Assembly: GCF_016592615.1 (NCBI RefSeq)
Contig: NZ_AP013043.1
Coordinates: forward strand, 1,110,001-1,142,000
DNA from: Isorropodon fossajaponicum endosymbiont JTNG4
GTDB taxonomy: Bacteria; Pseudomonadota; Gammaproteobacteria; PS1; Pseudothioglobaceae
Direction: 5' to 3'
DNA: 32,000 bases
Shown in pieces: positions 22,231-28,809 of this stretch (the first letter of the stretch is position 1; the number at the start of each line of letters is the position of its first letter). A program made the position numbers and the translations under genes. The notes below the pieces were generated by a model. That model ran no database searches. It had not been told where the DNA came from and saw only the letters and a list, made by a program, of their open reading frames with translations.

Positions 22231-22267
22231 AAGTTAAAGTTAAAGTTAAATTTATGCAACTTTAAGC

Positions 22268-23302
22268 TTAGAACTTAACATCAAGTCTAAGACCTGTGCT
22301 AGTGGCATTAAGGATCTCAACATCAGAACCAGAAACCCTAGCAATGTTAACTGTTAAAGTAGCGCCACTTAAAGAACGACTAACAATTAACTCTGTACCT
22401 GTTGTTCTGCTACTAGCATTAGTGTTTTTAGTAAATATAGCTTTAACTGTATTATCTGCTAACTTAGTACTAACTGCGACACCTAAGATTTTAGTAAAGT
22501 CACCAACATTATAAATAGCTGTTGCTGTACCACCACGAGCGGCTGTACCAATTAACATAGAACCTAATGGTGCCAACTTGTTATTAGCAGAACTAGTATA
22601 TGTAGCGTCATTTTTGATTTGTGCCACATCCCACTTAAAGTTATTTACTTTACCACCAACATGAATTAAAGTTATGTCGTTATCAGTATCTGATGTATCG
22701 TTCCATCGCTCAACTTCAACTAAAATATCGTTAAATGTACCTTTAAGAGTTAAGTCTGTAAAGTCTTTAGGGTTGTGTACTAAACCGACTGTAATCGGAC
22801 CAATTTTACCAGAAACACTTACATCAGTTGTATTGTCACGAGTATCGCTATTAGAGCCGTCAGCAGTAGACATACCTAACTTCCAACCGCCAACTTTAGT
22901 TGATACAGAAAATGCATTTGCCTTGCCTCTACCTAAAGAACGTGCACCTAAACCAATTGTCTCCCAGTAGTCACCAACTTTAATGCTAACAGGACCTGCT
23001 TTAGTTGTAATATATAGACTATCCATGTGAAGACCCCTATCGTTATCTGTTTCTACAGGTAATTCATTTACACGAGTTTGGCTACCACTACGTATAACTG
23101 CAGTAACTTTAGTATCACCAGCAGAGCCAACTACTTTTAAACGAACGCGTTGGTTATCGTTATTATCATTAGTATCAAAATTAACTGATCCAATTGCTTG
23201 TGCAGCAAAAGATACATAAGCATCACCTGTAATTGAAATGTCCGCTGTAGCAGCTACTGACATTGTTGCTGCAACAGCAGCAATTAATAATTGTTTTTTC
23301 AT
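22268..23302 (-). CDS. Outer-membrane porin (beta-barrel)
   Basis: ATG at 23302 is preceded by GGAGA (23307-23311). The signal peptide is MKKQLLIAAVAATMSVAATA. The body shows an alternating beta-strand pattern with Gly/Asn/Asp/Thr-rich loops and a C-terminal ...RLDVKF ending in Phe. The track's 34-codon N-terminal extension runs over the promoter. Confidence 0.85.
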   Translation of the reverse strand: MKKQLLIAAVAATMSVAATADISITGDAYVSFAAQAIGSVNFDTNDNNDNQRVRLKVVGSAGDTKVTAVIRSGSQTRVNELPVETDNDRGLHMDSLYITTKAGPVSIKVGDYWETIGLGARSLGRGKANAFSVSTKVGGWKLGMSTADGSNSDTRDNTTDVSVSGKIGPITVGLVHNPKDFTDLTLKGTFNDILVEVERWNDTSDTDNDITLIHVGGKVNNFKWDVAQIKNDATYTSSANNKLAPLGSMLIGTAARGGTATAIYNVGDFTKILGVAVSTKLADNTVKAIFTKNTNASSRTTGTELIVSRSLSGATLTVNIARVSGSDVEILNATSTGLRLDVKF

Positions 23303-23393
23303 TTTTTGTCTCCAAAAATTTAAAAGTTGTGCCAAAAGAAATTTCCAATCTTTATAGCTTTCGTTACTTTGCATTACTACAAAGATGTGATGA

Positions 23394-23421
23394 ATTATAC
23401 GCATTTGTTTTTAACAGTCAA
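23394..23421 (-). promoter_or_regulatory. Near-consensus sigma70 promoter of the porin gene (TTGACT-16-TATAAT)
   Basis: On the minus strand TTGACT is the reverse complement of 23416-23421, followed by a 16-nt spacer, and TATAAT is the reverse complement of 23394-23399. The predicted 5' UTR to ATG 23302 is about 85 nt. Confidence 0.6.
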
Positions 23422-23427
23422 GTTTTT

Positions 23428-23467
23428 TTGTAAAAAAGATACAAAAATTGTAAAAATACTACAAAAA
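23428..23467. repeat. Two tandem 20-bp A/T-rich repeats immediately upstream of the porin -35 element
   Basis: ttgtaaaaaagatacaaaaa (23428-23447) and ttgtaaaaatactacaaaaa (23448-23467) match at 17 of 20 positions. Each contains ttgta...tacaa inverted half-sites. Confidence 0.8.
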
Positions 23468-23589
23468 TATGAATTTTATTTGTCTTAAAGTGCTTTAAAT
23501 CTTTCTGTAACTAGACTTAAATTCGCTTTGTTAAAAATACAACATCAAGTTAAAATTAAAGAAGTCTTACCCCTTAGTTTTAATCTGGG

Positions 23590-23799
23590 TTACAATTTAC
23601 CAAGAATCATGTTTAACAAACTAAATGTATAAGCAAAAGCACCCGTGCCTGCAATATATAATCCAGTTGTTAATAATTCAATACGAGTCAATCTTCCGTC
23701 TTGATTAGAAATTGCTTCTGCTGCATTTTTTTCTTTTTGCTCGTCTGCGCCTGCTGAAATAATAAGCGCTTCATAAACTTCGGTTATCATTGTACTCAT
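23590..23799 (-). CDS. Small (69 aa) tail-anchored membrane protein, hypothetical
   Basis: An AGGA Shine-Dalgarno lies about 8 nt upstream of ATG 23799. It has a soluble N-terminal helix region (EVYEALIISAGADEQKEKNAAEAIS) and a C-terminal TM segment (LLTTGLYIAGTGAFAYTFSLLNMIL). The N-terminus loosely resembles DUF1640-type proteins, but that is from memory and unverified. Confidence 0.55.
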   Translation of the reverse strand: MSTMITEVYEALIISAGADEQKEKNAAEAISNQDGRLTRIELLTTGLYIAGTGAFAYTFSLLNMILGKL

Positions 23800-23838
23800 C
23801 TGTTATTTCCTTTAAATCTTTTCGTTTAGGGTTATTAC

Positions 23839-23866
23839 AAAAAACCGAGGCTTGCCTCGGTTTTTT
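23839..23866 (-). terminator. Rho-independent terminator after the HemJ/PuuD-N-like gene
   Basis: aaaaaaccgagg-cttg-cctcggtttttt. The GC stem is 23845-23850 with 23855-23860, the loop is 4 nt, and an A6 run and a T6 run flank it. It lies 20 nt downstream of the stop at 23886. Confidence 0.8.
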
Positions 23867-23885
23867 GTAAGTTCTAAGATTTATT

Positions 23886-24473
23886 TTAGTGCCATGCAAG
23901 CATGGTTAATAACATTGGAATGGATAAAATAACATTAACGCTTGATGCTAATGCTGCATTTTTTTTTGCCATTGCAATTTCTTCTGCAGTTGCCTCTTTC
24001 ATGCCTAAAATCTTTTGCTGATTTGGCCAAATGATAAACCAAACATTAAATGCCATTATGGTGCCCATCCATGCGCCGATACCGATAACTTGATAACCTT
24101 GTGCAAAGGTAAATGCGCCAATAATACCGTCCATGCCGCGAGATTGTAGTGCTAATAATATCAAACCTAAAATCCAAGTAGTTACTGCTGCCATGCGAAA
24201 CCACAATAAAGCACGAGGCGCAATATATTTGCTAATGGCTGATGGCCCAGGGCCATCAGTGTCAGCCAGCGCTTGACCTACACCTGGCACTTGAACAAAA
24301 TTAAAGTAATAAAGCAAGCCAATCCAAACAATGCCTGCCAATACATGTAGCCACACACTAAAAGCATAATGCTGATTAATAATGACATCCATACCTACCA
24401 AATAAACCACAATCGCAGTAGTAACAAAACCAAGCGCTATTTTACACTGAACCAAATTAATACAATTAAACAT
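23886..24473 (-). CDS. Polytopic membrane protein of the HemJ/CopD/urate-hydroxylase PuuD N-terminal type (family call tentative)
   Basis: ATG at 24473 is preceded by GGAGAG with 5-nt spacing. The track start at 24494 is a TTG. There are about 5 TM helices and a conserved-looking His motif WLHVLAGIVWIGLLYYFNFVQ. Confidence 0.8.
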   Translation of the reverse strand: MFNCINLVQCKIALGFVTTAIVVYLVGMDVIINQHYAFSVWLHVLAGIVWIGLLYYFNFVQVPGVGQALADTDGPGPSAISKYIAPRALLWFRMAAVTTWILGLILLALQSRGMDGIIGAFTFAQGYQVIGIGAWMGTIMAFNVWFIIWPNQQKILGMKEATAEEIAMAKKNAALASSVNVILSIPMLLTMLAWH

Positions 24474-24552
24474 ATTTCTCTCCGTAGTTATCAAAGTTGA
24501 TTATTATAATAAGGTATTTTTCTTGATGTGTGTTAATTTTTAATCTTTTTAT

Positions 24553-25362
24553 ATGCCTGAACTTCCAGAAGTTGAAATCACTAAGCGTGGGCTTGTACCT
24601 TTAATTATCGGTCAAAAAGTGAGTCGAGTAATATTACATCGAGAAAATTTGCGTTGGATTATACCTAAATATTTGATAACAACATTGGCTAATAAAAAAA
24701 TTAATACAATTGAGCGTCGTGGTAAATACTTATTGATTAGGTTTGAGGTGGGTACGTTAATTATTCATTTAGGTATGAGTGGCTCAATTAAGGTGGTTGA
24801 TATTAAAACACCACTACTCAAGCATGAACATTTTGAATTGCAATTTAATAATAGTACAAGTATGCGCTTAAATGACCCAAGACGTTTTGGTGCAGTGCTG
24901 TTTTCAAAAGACGGTTCACACAAACTACTGGATTCGTTAGGAGTTGAGCCTTTGGAGAAATCATTTAATGATGGATATTTATATCAAAAATCACGAAGCA
25001 AACAGCAAAACATCAAAGCTTTTATTATGGATAGCAAAATCGTAGTTGGTGTGGGTAATATCTATGCTTGTGAGAGTTTGTTTATGGCGGGTATTAATCC
25101 GCAACGCAAGTCTGGCAGTATATCTAAAACTCGGTATAACACTTTAACTCGGTGTATTAAAGACATCTTGACTCAAGCCATTAAGGCAGGTGGCACAACC
25201 TTGCAAGATTTTTCTCAAGTTGATGGCAATCCCGGGTATTTCACCCAGACTTTGTCTGTGTATGGTTGTGAAAATAAGACATGCCATCTTTGCAAGGGTA
25301 AAATAGTTAGAATTGCACAAAACCAACGATCCACATTCTATTGTAAAAAATGTCAGACTTAG
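24553..25362 (+). CDS. mutM: Formamidopyrimidine-DNA glycosylase
   Basis: N-terminal MPELPEVE with the catalytic Pro2/Glu3, an H2TH region and a C-terminal zinc finger (CHLCKGK...YCKKCQ). Length 269 aa. Confidence 0.96.
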   Translation: MPELPEVEITKRGLVPLIIGQKVSRVILHRENLRWIIPKYLITTLANKKINTIERRGKYLLIRFEVGTLIIHLGMSGSIKVVDIKTPLLKHEHFELQFNNSTSMRLNDPRRFGAVLFSKDGSHKLLDSLGVEPLEKSFNDGYLYQKSRSKQQNIKAFIMDSKIVVGVGNIYACESLFMAGINPQRKSGSISKTRYNTLTRCIKDILTQAIKAGGTTLQDFSQVDGNPGYFTQTLSVYGCENKTCHLCKGKIVRIAQNQRSTFYCKKCQT

Positions 25363-25757
25363 ATACGCCACAAGAACTGTTTCAAACAAATTGCTCAACC
25401 AACTCTGAACCATTCGCACTGCAAAATTTAGGCAACTATATGACGCCAGAGTTTAGTGAAAATTGCATTGTCATTATTGACCCTGGCATGCAAATTCATA
25501 ATCGTGCTTACGCTGTTGTACGTTTTGATGGTGAGCTATATTTTCGCCAGTATATTGAGCGTGGCTCAAATAAATTTTTAGTCTGCTTAAATACCCAACA
25601 TGATGATATTGAACTTAAAGGTGAGTTTGAAGTGGTGGGTTGTGTGGTTCAACAAAAACAACGCAAGCAAAAACCACGACATTATTACCACCTTAATCCA
25701 TTTACCAAAGAGATGGATTTTTACGTAAGTGGCAAGCTCAAAGATAAGGAGCAATAA
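25350..25757 (+). CDS. Stand-alone S24 (LexA/UmuD-like) domain protein with both catalytic residues substituted
   Basis: It aligns by eye with the UmuD/LexA C-terminal domain. GNYMTPEF matches GDSMxPxh, IVIIDPG...AYAVVRFDGELYFRQY matches LLIVD...IVIAAVDGEFTVKKL, and FEVVGCVVQ matches VFGVVIHV. There is no HTH domain. Its ATG overlaps the mutM 3' end by 13 nt. Confidence 0.72.
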   Translation: MSDLDTPQELFQTNCSTNSEPFALQNLGNYMTPEFSENCIVIIDPGMQIHNRAYAVVRFDGELYFRQYIERGSNKFLVCLNTQHDDIELKGEFEVVGCVVQQKQRKQKPRHYYHLNPFTKEMDFYVSGKLKDKEQ

Positions 25758-25759
25758 CC

Positions 25760-25978
25760 ATGGAAAAGAAAATACATTTAACGTTTAGCATTGTTATGTC
25801 GCTGTTTATGGTTAGTATCATGTTTTTTATGGTGACTTATCTTAATATTGGCTGGACCGACCAAACCATTGACAAGTGGTTATCTGGTTTTGTTATTGCT
25901 TGGGTTGCTGCCTTTCCACTGTTGTATATTTTTTCGCCAATATTTAAAAAAATTATTATTAAGTCGCTATCCAAATAA
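25760..25978 (+). CDS. Small two-TM membrane protein, DUF2798-like
   Basis: A strong AAGGAG lies 7 nt upstream of ATG 25760, which is 2 nt after the previous stop. The two hydrophobic helices, with a WLSGFVIAWVAAFPL pattern, resemble DUF2798 as I remember it. Confidence 0.62.
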   Translation: MEKKIHLTFSIVMSLFMVSIMFFMVTYLNIGWTDQTIDKWLSGFVIAWVAAFPLLYIFSPIFKKIIIKSLSK

Positions 25979-26678
25979 GGTGCGCCATTCTGCCTGAATT
26001 TACACCGTCTCGTCGATAAGAAAAATAATCTTTTTCCTGTTCAACAGTGCATTGGTTGCCACCACTGATTGTCTTAATACCTAAATCATTAAGGGTAATG
26101 CGTGCAGCTTGATAGATGTCCAGATGATATTTTTCGCCTGTTTGGGTGAGTGCTGTACTCAGTTTTTCATCTTTGACAATAAATTGCTCAAATACTTCCT
26201 TGCCCACTTCAAGATTTTTTGATGAAATCGCTACACCAAAATGTATTAATAAATCACGTTCATCAAACTGTGTGATAAACGACTCAATCATGCCATTTAA
26301 AATCCCTTGCCAACCTGCATGAGCAATGCCAATTTGTGTGCCTGATTGATTAGCGGCAAAAATTGGCAAGCAACCTGCTGTCATCACCACGCAAACCACG
26401 CCTTTTTCACGAGTAATAACAGCATCTGCCTCACAATCATCAGACTGAGCGTCTAAGCAAATATTAGAGTGTGTTTGATTCAGCCATTTTGGCGCACTGG
26501 GTAAATCAAAATGCGTCATCAGTAGTTTACGATTATGGATAACAGCACCTGAGATATCGCCTGTGTGCGTTGCAAGATTAAAATTGCCATAATTGCCAAT
26601 ACTCACGCCGCCTTCTAAGTATCGCGGAGTTGAAAGCAACTTAACATTACTTGGAAAGTTTAGCTTAATTTGCATCAA
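25959..26678 (-). CDS. pgeF: YfiH/PgeF laccase-domain (purine nucleoside phosphorylase / polyphenol oxidase family) protein
   Basis: LNQTHSNICL, EADAVIT, VMTAGCLPIF and IAHAGWQGILNG motifs. It has the conserved position downstream of rluD, with a 14-nt overlap. Confidence 0.9.
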   Translation of the reverse strand: MMQIKLNFPSNVKLLSTPRYLEGGVSIGNYGNFNLATHTGDISGAVIHNRKLLMTHFDLPSAPKWLNQTHSNICLDAQSDDCEADAVITREKGVVCVVMTAGCLPIFAANQSGTQIGIAHAGWQGILNGMIESFITQFDERDLLIHFGVAISSKNLEVGKEVFEQFIVKDEKLSTALTQTGEKYHLDIYQAARITLNDLGIKTISGGNQCTVEQEKDYFSYRRDGVNSGRMAHLIWIAT

Positions 26679-27609
26679 ATTTGACCAATACTTGCAATAA
26701 ATCTTGCATATCTTGCGGTAGTGGCGCTTTGAATGACATTAATTCACCAGATGTTGGGTGCGTGAGGGTGAGTTTTTTAGCATGAAGAGTCTGACGATTG
26801 AAATTTTTAAGTGCGTTTTTTAATTGCTCGTCTGCTTTTTTGGGGAAACGAATTTTGCCACCATACATCGGGTCAGCAATCAGTGGATGTCCAATAAATG
26901 ATAGGTGCACTCGAATTTGGTGAGTGCGCCCTGTTTCTAAAATTGCCTTAACGTGGGTGTGGTGTGCAAAACGCTCAATAACGCGATAATGAGTCAGTGC
27001 ATTTTTACCATCTTCGACCACTGCTTGTCTAATTCTGTCTTTAGGGTCACGCCCTATTGGCTCGTCAACCATACCACCAGAAATCATATGACCATAAACA
27101 ATGGCTGAATATTCTCGTGAAATGCTATGGGTTTGTAATTGCTCAGTTAAATACTTTTGTGCATATTCACTACGCGCAACGACCATTAATCCTGAAGTGT
27201 TTTTGTCCAAACGGTGAACAATACCAGCTCGGTCAAGATTAACCAAAGATGGATCATAATGTAGCAATGCATTGGCAAGCGTTCCTGTCCAATTGCTTGC
27301 ACCAGGGTGTGTGACCAAACCTACTGGCTTATTAACAACAATAATCGCCTCATCTTCATACACCACGTCAATGGCAATATCTTCTGCTAACCATGCATTG
27401 GTTTTTTCAATTTTGATTGATAAGGCAACCACCTCACCACCTAAGACTTTCTCCTTGGGTTTGAAAGTTTTATAATGAATTAAGGCATCGCCAGACTTTA
27501 TCCAGTGGGTAATTTTAGCACGCGAATAATTAGGCAACATTCGCGCCATTGCAGCATCAATACGCTGACCAATGAGGCGATTTGGGATAATAATACTTAA
27601 CAAACTCAT
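26665..27609 (-). CDS. rluD: 23S rRNA pseudouridine(1911/1915/1917) synthase RluD
   Basis: S4-like N-terminus, catalytic HRLDKNTSGLMVVARS, and RTHQIRVHL. Length 314 aa. The rluD-pgeF pairing matches E. coli. Confidence 0.95.
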   Translation of the reverse strand: MSLLSIIIPNRLIGQRIDAAMARMLPNYSRAKITHWIKSGDALIHYKTFKPKEKVLGGEVVALSIKIEKTNAWLAEDIAIDVVYEDEAIIVVNKPVGLVTHPGASNWTGTLANALLHYDPSLVNLDRAGIVHRLDKNTSGLMVVARSEYAQKYLTEQLQTHSISREYSAIVYGHMISGGMVDEPIGRDPKDRIRQAVVEDGKNALTHYRVIERFAHHTHVKAILETGRTHQIRVHLSFIGHPLIADPMYGGKIRFPKKADEQLKNALKNFNRQTLHAKKLTLTHPTSGELMSFKAPLPQDMQDLLQVLVKFDAN

Positions 27610-27641
27610 GTTGATTTAGCACTCACGTGGACATAAAATAG

Positions 27642-27716
27642 CGTCGCGTAAGAGATTTGAACTCCTGTTACTAGGATGAAATCCTAGGGTCCTGGGCCAG
27701 ACTAGACGAACGCGAC
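27642..27716 (-). tRNA. tRNA-Glu(UUC), copy B, no encoded CCA
   Basis: Minus-strand sequence GTCGCGTTCGTCTAGTCTGGCCCAGGACCCTAGGATTTCATCCTAGTAACAGGAGTTCAAATCTCTTACGCGACG. The acceptor stem is GTCGCGT/ACGCGAC, the anticodon stem is CTAGG/CCTAG, the loop ATTTCAT gives anticodon TTC, and the discriminator is G. Confidence 0.9.
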
Positions 27717-27772
27717 AAAGGTATTTTAATTGAGAACTTTAAGTAAATAGACTAAATATTTTGTAAGCAGAC

Positions 27773-27813
27773 AAAAAAATGGCTTTGGCTTTTTTCAAAA
27801 ACCACAAAGCCAT
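27773..27813 (-). terminator. Terminator-like hairpin plus T7 run between the two tRNA-Glu genes
   Basis: On the minus strand atggctttg(tgg)...(cc)aaagccat is followed by ttttttt. The plus-strand arms are 27779-27788 and 27802-27813, and the A-run is 27773-27779. Confidence 0.5.
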
Positions 27814-27822
27814 CTATTAATA

Positions 27823-27897
27823 TGGTATCGCCTAGGAGAGTCGAACTCCTCTTACCAGGATGAAAACCTGGGGTCCTAACCGATAGACGAAGGCGAC
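27823..27897 (-). tRNA. tRNA-Glu(UUC), copy A, CCA encoded
   Basis: Minus-strand sequence GTCGCCTTCGTCTATCGGTTAGGACCCCAGGTTTTCATCCTGGTAAGAGGAGTTCGACTCTCCTAGGCGATACCA. The anticodon stem is CCAGG/CCTGG and the loop TTTTCAT gives anticodon TTC. There is a G1-U72 wobble and the discriminator is A. Confidence 0.9.
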
Positions 27898-27917
27898 ATA
27901 ACATTTTCTTTTGCTTA

Positions 27918-27993
27918 TGGTGGAGCTAAGCGGGATCGAACCGCTGACCCCGACACTGCCAGTGTCGTGCTCTCCCAGCTGAGCTATAGCCCC
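27918..27993 (-). tRNA. tRNA-Ala(GGC), CCA encoded
   Basis: Minus-strand sequence GGGGCTATAGCTCAGCTGGGAGAGCACGACACTGGCAGTGTCGGGGTCAGCGGTTCGATCCCGCTTAGCTCCACCA. The G3-U70 alanine identity pair is present and the loop CTGGCAG gives anticodon GGC. Confidence 0.95.
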
Positions 27994-28035
27994 AAAACAC
28001 CACCAACATTACTGACTTATCAGCAAAAAATATAA

Positions 28036-28063
28036 ATTATAATCTCTAAGTTGAATTAGTCAA
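28036..28063 (-). promoter_or_regulatory. Near-consensus sigma70 promoter for the tRNA-Ala/Glu unit (TTGACT-16-TATAAT)
   Basis: On the minus strand TTGACT is the reverse complement of 28058-28063, followed by a 16-nt spacer, and TATAAT is the reverse complement of 28036-28041. It lies about 40 nt upstream of the tRNA-Ala 5' end at 27993. Confidence 0.55.
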
Positions 28064-28080
28064 GACATAATTGGTAAAAT
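28051..28080 (+). promoter_or_regulatory. Candidate promoter for the MBL-nadD-rsfS unit (TTGAAT-18-TAAAAT)
   Basis: TTGAAT at 28051-28056, TAAAAT at 28075-28080, and the ATG at 28087 only 6 nt after the -10 element. This implies a leaderless or near-leaderless mRNA if the promoter is used. Confidence 0.3.
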
Positions 28081-28086
28081 GATGGC

Positions 28087-28809
28087 ATGGACATACGAAC
28101 TTTTAAAGAAAAAACTTACACACTAGAAATTCTCTACCACATCGGCGCTTTGGAAGACTCTATTCATTTTATCTTTGACCATGTCACAAAAACCTGTGCC
28201 ATTGTTGACCCGGCATGGGACGCACCCTTGTTTATTCAACGAATACGCGATAAAGGTTACACGCTCACCGATATCTGGCTAACGCATTGGCACTTTGACC
28301 ATACCAATGCCGTTGATGAAATTGTAGAGGTAACAGGTGCTAAAATAACAGTAGGTGTTAATGAAGTGCTCTATTTACAGATTGATAGCTTGCCTGAAAC
28401 CGTTGAAAACAACGACACTGTTTTTATTGGTAATACACCCGCTAAAATTATCAACACACCCGGACACAGCGCTGGTGGTATTTGTTATTTGTTAGAAGGG
28501 CATATTATTGCTGGTGATACTTTGTTTGTTTATGGGGCGGGGCATTGTTCATTGCCTGGTGGTAATATTAATGAATTATTTCATTCTATGCAAAAACTCA
28601 AGCACATTGATGATGATATAATGTTACATTGTGGGCATGACTACGGCTCAAAAGTTAACACAACAATGGGTGAGCAAAAACAAGGAAATGCTTTTTTATT
28701 GCTTGATAACGAGGCTGATTTTGTTAATTATGTCAACGGCATGCAACAAGGAAAAATCCCTTATCCTGAGGATGCTGTCACCCAAGCAGAAATTAAGGCT
28801 ATGTTATGA
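28087..28809 (+). CDS. MBL-fold metallo-hydrolase (hydroxyacylglutathione hydrolase/GloB-like)
   Basis: Metal motif THWHFDHTNAV (HxHxDH), downstream PGHSAGG and GDTLF, and HCGHDY. Length 240 aa. Confidence 0.88.
   Translation: MDIRTFKEKTYTLEILYHIGALEDSIHFIFDHVTKTCAIVDPAWDAPLFIQRIRDKGYTLTDIWLTHWHFDHTNAVDEIVEVTGAKITVGVNEVLYLQIDSLPETVENNDTVFIGNTPAKIINTPGHSAGGICYLLEGHIIAGDTLFVYGAGHCSLPGGNINELFHSMQKLKHIDDDIMLHCGHDYGSKVNTTMGEQKQGNAFLLLDNEADFVNYVNGMQQGKIPYPEDAVTQAEIKAML

Noticed and set aside
23303-23404. A 34-codon N-terminal extension of the porin ORF (MRIIHHIFVVMQSNESYKDW...).
   Set aside because: The extension runs across the near-consensus promoter (23394-23421). The internal ATG at 23302 has a GGAGA Shine-Dalgarno and is followed immediately by a textbook signal peptide.
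25350-25362. The possibility that the S24-like ORF is really a frameshifted C-terminal extension of MutM.
   Set aside because: MutM ends at its canonical zinc-finger C-terminus (YCKKCQT*) at the normal length of 269 aa. The downstream ORF has its own ATG and forms an independent domain.
27642-27993. The tRNA cluster considered as an integration hot-spot flanking a genomic island.
   Set aside because: I found no integrase, no duplicated tRNA 3' segment (att-like direct repeat) and no compositional break. The flanking genes (rluD-pgeF and nadD-rsfS) are core housekeeping.
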